58,993 nucleotides of DNA. Origin: Candidatus Omnitrophota bacterium. Its GTDB lineage: Bacteria; Omnitrophota; Omnitrophia; Omnitrophales; Omnitrophaceae. The position numbers were made by a program, and so were the translations under genes. The notes under the pieces are model-generated. The model was given only the letters and a program-made list of their open reading frames with translations, did not search any database and was not told the DNA's origin. Location of the stretch: assembly GCA_016209715.1 (NCBI GenBank), contig JACQVP010000014.1:1-58993 (forward strand), given 5' to 3'. Of the stretch, positions 16,617 through 24,817 are shown piece after piece (positions within the stretch are counted from its first letter, which is position 1; the number at the start of each line of letters is the position of its first letter).

Positions 16617-16659
16617 ATGGTAACCCCGCTCGCGGCGGCCGTCTGTGATGTTCGTCACG
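16617..16659 (-). promoter_or_regulatory. CRP-type operator CGTGACGAACATCACA (16644-16659), then 21 nt, then the -10-like TACCAT (16617-16622); putative NXR-like operon promoter
   Basis: Read directly. Followed by GACG like the other sites. The predicted TSS is only about 4 nt before the ATG at 16606. Confidence 0.5.
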
Positions 16660-17656
16660 GCGCGAGCGAATCCGTGAGGCGTTCGGCGGCGCGCTCTCCG
16701 CTCATGACGCAGCTGAACACGCTCACCCCGTCGTAAGCATTGCCGGCCAGGGCGAGCCCGCGCCAGGGGCGCAACAAGTTCTCGATCCGGCGCTTCCAAA
16801 AGGAATGCCCCGGCCCGTACCGGGGCACGGCCCGCCGGTGGCGACGGAGGCAATAAAAATCAGGCGATTCGCGAAGGCCGCATTTGCGGGCCAAGCGGGC
16901 CTGCATTCGGCGAACAATCGCCTCATCCGTCAAGGGCGAAGACTCTTCATCCCAGGAAAGCATCACCCGGACGAGACGCCGGTCCGGCGGCGCGTGTTCG
17001 GGAAATTTTTGCGCTCCCGCCAGGCCCTCCCGGAATCGGATCCGAGCCGGCACGGACAAGCCGGGCCGTGCGGGATAGCCCATATACAGGGAAATCACCG
17101 AACAGTAGGACAGCTCGCTCAGCGCCTGAGACAAACGCGGGGCCCAGGATGCGAGCAGCGCCGCCGCGGCGGGGGCCGGGACGGCGAGGCAAACGCCGTC
17201 GGCTTCGAGGAGGCTCAAGTCGTCGAGCAACACATACCATTTCCCCCGGATCCCCTGCCAAACCCGGACGGCCCGGCCCGTCTTGCGGCAGCCCGGCGGC
17301 AGGGCTTGAAAATACGCCGTGGGCAAACTTCCGAGCCCCCGCCGGAAAGAGAACACCGGACGTTTAAAAAAAGGAAATCGAAAGCCGGGCCCGAAGGCAC
17401 AGAGGATATCAGCGGCCAACCCGGCGCTTTCCCAATAGCCCGCGGGCCAGGGCTTGAGCGCGGAGAGCGCGTCCGGACCGTGCTCTAAAAGGGCTCCCTC
17501 CCGGGCTTCGGTTTCGATCAAACCGCCGAGCCGCGGCTGCGCCTCGATCAGCACCAGCTCGACCGCGAGCGAACGCTCTTGCGAGAGCCGGGCGATCCGG
17601 CGCGCCGCGCTCAACCCCGCGATCCCGCCGCCGACAACGATCAGGGTGCGACGCAT
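16655..17656 (-). CDS. FAD-dependent oxidoreductase, short protoporphyrinogen/amine-oxidase-like protein
   Basis: N-terminal LIVVGGGIAGLSAARR dinucleotide fold. At 333 aa it is shorter than typical HemY. Confidence 0.55.
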   Translation of the reverse strand: MRRTLIVVGGGIAGLSAARRIARLSQERSLAVELVLIEAQPRLGGLIETEAREGALLEHGPDALSALKPWPAGYWESAGLAADILCAFGPGFRFPFFKRPVFSFRRGLGSLPTAYFQALPPGCRKTGRAVRVWQGIRGKWYVLLDDLSLLEADGVCLAVPAPAAAALLASWAPRLSQALSELSYCSVISLYMGYPARPGLSVPARIRFREGLAGAQKFPEHAPPDRRLVRVMLSWDEESSPLTDEAIVRRMQARLARKCGLRESPDFYCLRRHRRAVPRYGPGHSFWKRRIENLLRPWRGLALAGNAYDGVSVFSCVMSGERAAERLTDSLAP

Positions 17657-18777
17657 GAGCCCAAATAGTCGCCGGGGTGCGGTTCCCTGAGACCGAGGTC
17701 CGGGAAGCGCCGAAAAAAATTTTCATGAAAGAGATAATCGAGGCCTTCGTTGGACGGCGGCGAAAATCCCATGACCTCTTTCCACACCGTCTTGTTCTCC
17801 ATGCAGAAATAGATGAGGACTTCCTTCCAGCGCGAACGCAGGCCGGAATAAATGCCGCGGTAAATGGCCGTCCGGACCGGACGGAAATAACGGAGCTTGC
17901 CGTCCGTCCCGCGCACCATTTCGGCGGACGTGATGCGGGTGCGCGGAAACCGCCTTTCGATGACCGGCTTGAGCGGGGGCGGGAAACGCAGGCTTCCCAG
18001 ACTGATCCAGGCCACGTCTTCCTCATTCACGGCGGAAAACAGCTCCCGGATCAATCCCGCGTATTCCTCTTCCCATCCCGGAAAATCAAGCAACGGATCG
18101 AAATGAAACCCCAGCCGGTATCCCTTGGCCGCGGCGCGGGCCGCCGCCTCCAGCCTTTCCCGGACGGGGGCCGTCTTGTGCTCCTCCGTCTCCACGATGC
18201 GAGCGGGGTTCAGGGACCAGGAGACCACCACATTTCTCGTCGCGATCGGCGGCAGATGCCCCACGAAATCCGTCTTCGTCTTAAACTCGAGGATGACCGG
18301 ACGGGTCTTCGCGGCCTGGATCAGGGCGGTGTTGAATCCGGTCAAGGGATCGAGCGCCAAGGAGTCCGTCAGTTCCCCGGTGCCGATCCGCAACATCCGG
18401 CCCGGCAGGCGCTCGATCAACCGGTCCAACTCCTCCGGAATGATTTCCAAATTGGCGTAGAGCGTCAGGGCCGTCTGGTTGAGATAACCTTGCAGAATGC
18501 AATACGTGCAATCCCAGGGACAATTCGCCTGAATGTTGAGCACCCAATAATTGCAACAGAGGTAGGAAGCATCGGTGCCCGGGCAGGGTTTCAGGAACGG
18601 GCCTTTGAAGCGAGTGATCCAGAGCGACCGCTTCCCCTCGGCGGGAGAAAGCGCCCGAGCGGCGAGTGCGGTCTCGTCCGTGAATTCGAAAGGGATCCCG
18701 CGCAATTTGTTCAGGACCCGCGTCGCGAGCGGCGTCTCGCGAACGTCGGAATCGACGTAAATTTTATCGATCTTCAT
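17641..18777 (-). CDS. Spore-photoproduct-lyase-family radical SAM protein
   Basis: CPWDCTYC cluster motif. GYRLGFHFDPL and RRFPRTRI blocks resemble SplB (GYKLGFVVAPI, RYPKTRL). Confidence 0.6.
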   Translation of the reverse strand: MKIDKIYVDSDVRETPLATRVLNKLRGIPFEFTDETALAARALSPAEGKRSLWITRFKGPFLKPCPGTDASYLCCNYWVLNIQANCPWDCTYCILQGYLNQTALTLYANLEIIPEELDRLIERLPGRMLRIGTGELTDSLALDPLTGFNTALIQAAKTRPVILEFKTKTDFVGHLPPIATRNVVVSWSLNPARIVETEEHKTAPVRERLEAAARAAAKGYRLGFHFDPLLDFPGWEEEYAGLIRELFSAVNEEDVAWISLGSLRFPPPLKPVIERRFPRTRITSAEMVRGTDGKLRYFRPVRTAIYRGIYSGLRSRWKEVLIYFCMENKTVWKEVMGFSPPSNEGLDYLFHENFFRRFPDLGLREPHPGDYLGSCVAP

Positions 18778-19751
18778 CGTCCGAATTCGAAGCCTTCGGC
18801 GCGCAGGTCCTCGAAGTCACTTTCCAGAGCATTCCCGGGCGTCGTTAGAAGGTCCCCCACGATCAAACCGTTCACCCCCGCGCGCAGGGCCTCTCTCTGC
18901 CATCCGCCGAGTTGCAGCCGCCGCCCTCCCGCCAAACGGAGAGGCGAACCGGGCAGGATCAGACGGAACACCGCCACGGTTTTCAACACCTCGATCGGAT
19001 CGAGCAAGGGCTGGTTCTCGAGCGGCGTGCCGGGGCGCGGATCGAGCAGATTGATGGGCACGCATTCGGGGGCGTAGGTCCGGATCTCAAAGGCCGCATC
19101 CACCCGGTCCTCTCGCGTCTCTCCCATTCCCAAGAGCACCCCGCAGCAGAGTTCGAGGCCGGCCGCCCGCGCCGCGCCGAGAGTGGCCACGCGGTCCTCG
19201 AAGCTATGCGTGGTCGCAATCCGCTCATAAAATGAGGACGATGTTTGAATGTTGTGATTGATGCGGCGGATCCCGGCCTCTTTAAGGCGCCGGGCCCGGA
19301 CAAAATCGAGAAAACCGACGGAAGCGTCCAAATGGAGGGTGACGGCGCGCCGGACGGCGGCGATTATTTCAAGGAGTTTGCCGAATTCCGCGTCGGTAAG
19401 CTTCCCTCCGGAAGTGACGATGCAAAACTCGTCGCAGCCGCGGTCTTCGGCCTGCTTCGCCTTCTCCAGCACGGCCGCTATTTCCAGAAGCGGATATCGC
19501 GGGATCCCGGTCTTGTAGCGGACCGACTGCGCGCAAAAAGCGCAATCTTCGGCGCAGAGGCCGCTTTTGGCATTCACGATCGAGCACAACCCGGCCCTCC
19601 GGCCTTGAAATTTTCTCGTGACGGCGACGGCGAATTCGAAAAGGCGGCTGATTTCGGAAGGATTTTCCAGGCGGAGCAATCCCAGATAGGAGTCACGGGA
19701 AAGGAGCTTGCCGTCAAGGGCCTGACGCCCCACCCAATCGACCGATTGCAT
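18774..19751 (-). CDS. bioB: Biotin-synthase-like radical SAM enzyme
   Basis: SGLCAEDCAFCAQS, INHNIQTS, CCGVLLGMGE, VPINLLDPRPGTPL and RLAGGR blocks parallel BioB. Confidence 0.7.
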   Translation of the reverse strand: MQSVDWVGRQALDGKLLSRDSYLGLLRLENPSEISRLFEFAVAVTRKFQGRRAGLCSIVNAKSGLCAEDCAFCAQSVRYKTGIPRYPLLEIAAVLEKAKQAEDRGCDEFCIVTSGGKLTDAEFGKLLEIIAAVRRAVTLHLDASVGFLDFVRARRLKEAGIRRINHNIQTSSSFYERIATTHSFEDRVATLGAARAAGLELCCGVLLGMGETREDRVDAAFEIRTYAPECVPINLLDPRPGTPLENQPLLDPIEVLKTVAVFRLILPGSPLRLAGGRRLQLGGWQREALRAGVNGLIVGDLLTTPGNALESDFEDLRAEGFEFGR

Positions 19752-19756
19752 ACTCC

Positions 19757-19799
19757 TATATAGCCAAAGGCTGGCAAATCGTCTGTGACGGCAGTCACA
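19757..19799 (-). promoter_or_regulatory. CRP-type operator TGTGACTGCCGTCACA (19784-19799), then 21 nt, then the -10 TATATA (19757-19762); putative bioB-like operon promoter
   Basis: A perfect TGTGA-N6-TCACA followed by GACG. The hexamer ends 5 nt before the bioB ATG, so the mRNA may be leaderless. Confidence 0.55.
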
Positions 19800-19804
19800 A
19801 GGAC

Positions 19805-20485
19805 TTAGGAGAGGAGGTCGCGGAGGCCTTTTTCGTCGAGAATGGCGATGGACTTGGGCAGGATATCGATCAGCTTCGCGCGCTTCAGCTGATAAAGGTA
19901 ACGGGCGACCGTCTCGCGCGAGGTGCCGATGCGCTGGGCGAGTTCTTCCCGCGTGAAATTGACGCTCAACACGTCTTTTACGTCTTTTTTCGAGCCGGGC
20001 GCGGCCTGAGCGGAACGCATGTCCAGCAGGAACTTGGCCAGCCGCTTTTTGACGTCCTTCAGCGAAACCTCCTCGATGAGAGAGGTGAAACAGCGGAGGC
20101 GGTCGGCGAACAGGCGATTGAGGGTGCGGGCGAGTTTATGGTTGTTTTGCACCATCCTCACATAATCGTCGCGGGACAAGAAAAGAACTTTGCAGTCGGT
20201 CATGGCTTCGGCCGAAGCGGAGCAAAACCAGGTAAAAGAACCCGGATTGCAGGCGCAGGTGTCTCCCGGGCCCAGCATCTCCAGGATCTGTTCGCGGCCG
20301 GAGGACGCCGTGCGGTAAAGCTTGACCCGTCCGGAGTGGACGAAGAACACCCTCTCGCACAAATTACCTTCATGAAAAAGCAGGTCGCCTTTGGCGAACG
20401 ACTTCTCGCGCATGACCTGCTTGATCGTGCCAACTTCGCTCTCCGACAGGCCTTGGAAGAACGGGATACCTTTGGGGATCTCCAT
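19805..20485 (-). CDS. Crp/Fnr-family transcription regulator with a CRP-like recognition helix
   Basis: cNMP-binding-like N-terminal half and a C-terminal HTH, ELAQRIGTSRETVARYL (RE-x3-R as in CRP RETVGR). No FNR-type N-terminal Cys cluster. Contains an internal CAC...C group (DTCACNPGSFTWFC). Confidence 0.85.
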   Translation of the reverse strand: MEIPKGIPFFQGLSESEVGTIKQVMREKSFAKGDLLFHEGNLCERVFFVHSGRVKLYRTASSGREQILEMLGPGDTCACNPGSFTWFCSASAEAMTDCKVLFLSRDDYVRMVQNNHKLARTLNRLFADRLRCFTSLIEEVSLKDVKKRLAKFLLDMRSAQAAPGSKKDVKDVLSVNFTREELAQRIGTSRETVARYLYQLKRAKLIDILPKSIAILDEKGLRDLLS

Positions 20486-20526
20486 GCCAACTCTATCTTG
20501 TCAGAGGCGGCCTAAAAGTTCAAGGC

Positions 20527-21336
20527 TTAAGAATAAGCGTGGAGAGAAGCCAGCCAGAAATTGACGCCGAAATAGGTAAACATCACCAGAAAGAAACCGA
20601 AAAACGCGAGCACGGCAAAGCCCCGGCCGGATCCGTTTTCCATCGACCGCACATGATGAAGGGCCCCATACAAGGCCCAGGTGATGAAGGCCCAGGTTTC
20701 CTTGGGATCCCAGTTCCAATAGCGACCCCAGGAAGCGTTGGCCCAGACAGCGCCGGTGGAAATGCCCAGCGTCAAAAAAGCGAATCCGACCGCGATGAGC
20801 CTCGCCATCAGTCGGTCCAAATACTCCAGCCGGCCTTCGATCTCGCCGCGTTTTTCCGGCCGGGAGACAAATTTCCTCGCCGCGTCCAGGAATAAATAGA
20901 TGCCGGCCGTGCCGAATGCCACGGCAAAAGAGGCGTAGCCGAGGATGGCCGCCGTAACATGGAAGAGCAGCCAATTGCTTTTCAAGGCCGGCAGAAGGGG
21001 CTCAATATCGGATGACAAGAGCGAGCACAATCCGAGCAGGACGGCGGCCGTCAGACCGGCGAACCCCCCTACGGAAAGCGCCCGGAATTTCGGGAAGGTG
21101 GTCCAGTAAATGGCCATCATGAGAAAACCGAGCAAAATCAGGGTTTCGTAAGTATTGGACCATGGGAGATGGCCCGCCTGGACCCCGCGGATGGCGATCA
21201 CGGAGCCGTGAAAAGCAAGCAGCCCGAGACCCATCGAGATTGCGGACCAAAACCAAATCCTCCCTCCGGAAACGGCTGCGGAAAAGGATACCAGGGCAAA
21301 GAGAAGATAACATAACATCAAAATGCCGATGATCAT
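20527..21336 (-). CDS. ccsA: Cytochrome c biogenesis (System II) haem-handling protein
   Basis: WGRYWNWDPKETWAFITW tryptophan-rich haem motif and polytopic sequence. The start is trimmed to the ATG at 21336 (an ATGA overlap). Confidence 0.85.
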   Translation of the reverse strand: MIIGILMLCYLLFALVSFSAAVSGGRIWFWSAISMGLGLLAFHGSVIAIRGVQAGHLPWSNTYETLILLGFLMMAIYWTTFPKFRALSVGGFAGLTAAVLLGLCSLLSSDIEPLLPALKSNWLLFHVTAAILGYASFAVAFGTAGIYLFLDAARKFVSRPEKRGEIEGRLEYLDRLMARLIAVGFAFLTLGISTGAVWANASWGRYWNWDPKETWAFITWALYGALHHVRSMENGSGRGFAVLAFFGFFLVMFTYFGVNFWLASLHAYS

Positions 21337-22637
21337 CTCACACCGCCCCCCTTCACAACCGGTTCCAGTTCCCTCAGTATGATCCCGGCTTCGTATTTCA
21401 AGCCCGCGGGATCTTTGACGCAGGCGCCTGAACATTCATAGGAGCTCTCTTCCCCGCGCCGCTCGGGAACAAAAGAAATCCGTATGCCCCGCGGGATGAC
21501 AAAGGCACTCAGAAAGGCACCCAGGATCATGACCACAAAGCCCGCATAGGCAAGCGGCCAGCCCGGATCATAGCTCACTTTCATCCCGGAAGAGTAAATC
21601 TTCCGGATCCTCCCGATGGCAAAGGCCCATTCTGCGGGACCAGCGCCCTGATGCAAAAATAGATCGGAGAATACCCAAATCTGCTTCTCGGGGGTATCGG
21701 GCGAGGTGGAAGTATACAAAAACAAGGAGACCGCGGGATTGCGGAAATAGGGAGAACGGCTCGCCGCTTTTCCGCCTTGAACGATGACAAAATCCGGAAC
21801 GATCTCACCCGCCTCGACCGTGTAAGGCAGCCCCGCGAGTCCTGATTTTTTACCCGGCGCGAGGGTGATTTCACCGAAGGGTTTGCCGTTTTTATAGACC
21901 CGGAGAACTACCTCCCGGATCTTCACGCTGTAACGCATCTGAAAAACCCGCACTCCCCCTATCTGCAGGGGGCCGTTCACACTCAAGTCATGGTGCTCGA
22001 TCCGTCCCTTCCGGTCCTGAACCAGTAAACGGCTCACGTAAGACGCGACATTGCCCGTCGCGTCCAGCATCACGCTGAATTTCTCCAATTTGATTTTGGC
22101 ACCTCCCCGCGCAAGCAAGGTCGTGGCGCCTTCTTGCAATTCGATGTCCCGGACGTCCGCGAACGAATAAGTCAAAAGCCCCGCGAGAAGGGCAACCACC
22201 AGTCCAGCATGGACCAGGAAACTGCCCCAAATGCCGTCCAAATCCTTAACGCCGGTAAAAGAGAACCGCAATTTCTCCATTTTCGCGATCACGCGGTATC
22301 TCTTCGACCTCAGGACCGATGAAATCCGATCCTGATACTCCTGCAGATCTGAAAATGGGATCCTGGCGGGTCGGAAATCTTGAAGGCGCGTCTCCCGCCC
22401 CGCGGTGGTAATCTCATCCGCGGCCGCCATCCGGAACAAATCGATCCCCTTGCGGACTGTGTGCGACACCGCGAAGACTCCCAGGAGTCCCAAAAAAGCG
22501 ACAAACGGCTTCGCCGCAAACAGGGCACTGGGATTTTTCAAAAAAGGGAGGGTACTTTCAGGAATGGTGCCGAACGCGGCCGCGGCGCAGATCAAAACGA
22601 TCAAAACATTGACAAAGCGCAGAATAGAAGTAGTCAC
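21333..22637 (-). CDS. ccsB: Cytochrome c biogenesis protein ResB/CcsB
   Basis: N-terminal TM helices, a large soluble domain, a C-terminal TM and translational coupling to ccsA. GTG start. Confidence 0.7.
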   Translation of the reverse strand: MTTSILRFVNVLIVLICAAAAFGTIPESTLPFLKNPSALFAAKPFVAFLGLLGVFAVSHTVRKGIDLFRMAAADEITTAGRETRLQDFRPARIPFSDLQEYQDRISSVLRSKRYRVIAKMEKLRFSFTGVKDLDGIWGSFLVHAGLVVALLAGLLTYSFADVRDIELQEGATTLLARGGAKIKLEKFSVMLDATGNVASYVSRLLVQDRKGRIEHHDLSVNGPLQIGGVRVFQMRYSVKIREVVLRVYKNGKPFGEITLAPGKKSGLAGLPYTVEAGEIVPDFVIVQGGKAASRSPYFRNPAVSLFLYTSTSPDTPEKQIWVFSDLFLHQGAGPAEWAFAIGRIRKIYSSGMKVSYDPGWPLAYAGFVVMILGAFLSAFVIPRGIRISFVPERRGEESSYECSGACVKDPAGLKYEAGIILRELEPVVKGGGVR

Positions 22638-22666
22638 TGAGGCCCATATTATTGGGGAACGAAGGA

Positions 22667-24817
22667 TTATTCAAACGCTTTCTTAAATCCGACGGTCACG
22701 CCCTGGCCAAAATACTCGTCGTTGTAACCGCTGAAACCTCGGCCGTCGTAGAATTTGAATATCTGGTAGCGGGCCTCGAAGGAGCAGGTCTTGCTGATAT
22801 CGTACTGGATCCCCGCGGTCACCTCATTCATGGTGTTCCGATTATCGCCGAGGGAATCCGTCAATTGATACCCCGTGGACAGCACGCTCTTCTTGGTCAG
22901 ACGATAATTCAGATTGGAAACCAGATAATATACGTCTCCGTTAAAATCGTAAGCGCCTGTGCCGCCCGACCAATTGCTCCTTCCGGTAGCGTCCGTCGGC
23001 GTATCCACGCGGTAATAATCGTACATTCCGGCGAAATACCCGAATAAATTCCGGATCACCGGTCCCGAGAAAGCCATCGAAAAGCGATCCCGGTCCAAAT
23101 TCTGCTGCTGATCTCCGACTTTGGGAAATTCAATATTGTCCATGATCCATTGGTATTTCAAGGTCGAGATCCACGCCGCCGGCAGTTTCACGTCTAAGTT
23201 CGCAGTGATTTCCTGCACCATCCGCTCCTGATCGCCCAGATAACCGGGATAATATCGAGGCAACGTGTCCGACCGGGTGTTGTACTGACGCTCTCTCTGC
23301 TGCCATTTGTACTGCAGATTCGCCTTCATCCTCGAATTCAACCTCTGGGCTATCTTCACTTTCGGCACGTAGTCCAGATAAGTGACATTGGTTTCATAAC
23401 TCAGTTCGGGCGCTCCGGATCCCCAACCCGCATCCGTGAAGATTTCATGATTGCGCGCGTCAAATGTTTCTTTCCAATTCAAACGCCGCTGCTCGAGATC
23501 AATGCCCGCGTAAGCGGTAGTCCCTTGACGCCGGTACGTGACCGACAACGCTTCCCCAAACCAGCCTTCGCTCAAATTGGTATCGGAGGACCGGAGGTTA
23601 TTGATCCCGCCCGCGATCAACGTGCCATGATTGTCCGTCACGGCATGCTCGCCGCGAAATCCGAACCGCATATCGAGACCCTTCCGCCGCAGAAAATCCA
23701 GCATGGCGCTTCCCGCGCTCACGGTATTGCTGACCCTCCAGTTGTCGACATCCGGGCTCCAATAAATATTGGGATTGGCCAGATTCGGCCGGACCTCGCT
23801 GCGGACACTGTCATTCCGGAGAAAATTGAAGAAATAGCCCCCGTGCACGTAAACATCGTCGGACCAGAAGCTGTCGTACTTCGTTTGGAGTTTGATATCG
23901 TGAAATTGGTAGCGGTCGATATAGTCGCGCTTCTGAGCAAGGACTCCATTCGTGTATCTCGTCGAATCGGTAAACTGGCCGTCTTGATAGGCTTCATATG
24001 AAATCAGCGGCTCAATATTGTGTTTCTCGGCAACCTTCATCGGAAGACTGAGAGTGAATTTGTTGCTCACTCCATCCACCTGCCGTCTCATTGAAATAGA
24101 GCGCAGAGACGGCAATCCCGTGCGCGTGGCCACGTCCCCCTTGAGCAGGGTCTCCCTGCCTTCGCGAGTCCATAAGCCGTATTTAAAAATCAGTTTTGAT
24201 GTTTCCGATACCGGATACCCCAATTCCACATCGACATTTCCGCGGTCCGTATAAAGATCCTCGTCCGTCCAATCTCCGAACTCATCTGGCAGACGATACT
24301 GAGATGGATCCCACGGCTTGTCTTCCGTGCCATTCCAATATTTTCTAAACCGCTTCCATCTTGCATCCAGATAATAACCGCCCTCTTTTGAAACGCGCAT
24401 GTCAGCCAAATAGCTGTAATTGACGAGGGCCTTCCCCTTGAACTCCGTGGTGATGTCGCCGGAAGCATCCTTAAAATACAAGCCCCTTACCCCGCCCGTC
24501 GTCTGGTCATCCGTATACCAGTCTTCCCGAAACCGGCCTCTATCGCCTTTCACGTAGTAATGAGTGATCGAAGGTGCGACCACAAAAAGATCCGGGCTCG
24601 CCCCCGGAAAATCACCGAAGTATTTCTCCTTTAGATTCTGTGTCGCCTGCGCGGAACTCGGAGCAGCATTTTGCGCAGAAGGCTGCGGCTGGCTTTCTGT
24701 TATTTCTTTGGTCTCGGAAATCGCAATCTCGTCGGCATTAGCATTCAAGGAGGCGAAACACAAAATCCCGACCGTCAGGAGAACCGCCCCAAAGCCACCG
24801 CGGAGATGGATTCTCAT
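22667..24817 (-). CDS. Outer-membrane beta-barrel protein (MtrB/PioB-like porin of a porin-cytochrome pair)
   Basis: Signal peptide ending SLNANA-DE and 716 aa with alternating aromatic/polar strands (YxY, FxF) throughout. The start overlaps the stop of the cytochrome gene (ATGA). Confidence 0.65.
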   Translation of the reverse strand: MRIHLRGGFGAVLLTVGILCFASLNANADEIAISETKEITESQPQPSAQNAAPSSAQATQNLKEKYFGDFPGASPDLFVVAPSITHYYVKGDRGRFREDWYTDDQTTGGVRGLYFKDASGDITTEFKGKALVNYSYLADMRVSKEGGYYLDARWKRFRKYWNGTEDKPWDPSQYRLPDEFGDWTDEDLYTDRGNVDVELGYPVSETSKLIFKYGLWTREGRETLLKGDVATRTGLPSLRSISMRRQVDGVSNKFTLSLPMKVAEKHNIEPLISYEAYQDGQFTDSTRYTNGVLAQKRDYIDRYQFHDIKLQTKYDSFWSDDVYVHGGYFFNFLRNDSVRSEVRPNLANPNIYWSPDVDNWRVSNTVSAGSAMLDFLRRKGLDMRFGFRGEHAVTDNHGTLIAGGINNLRSSDTNLSEGWFGEALSVTYRRQGTTAYAGIDLEQRRLNWKETFDARNHEIFTDAGWGSGAPELSYETNVTYLDYVPKVKIAQRLNSRMKANLQYKWQQRERQYNTRSDTLPRYYPGYLGDQERMVQEITANLDVKLPAAWISTLKYQWIMDNIEFPKVGDQQQNLDRDRFSMAFSGPVIRNLFGYFAGMYDYYRVDTPTDATGRSNWSGGTGAYDFNGDVYYLVSNLNYRLTKKSVLSTGYQLTDSLGDNRNTMNEVTAGIQYDISKTCSFEARYQIFKFYDGRGFSGYNDEYFGQGVTVGFKKAFE

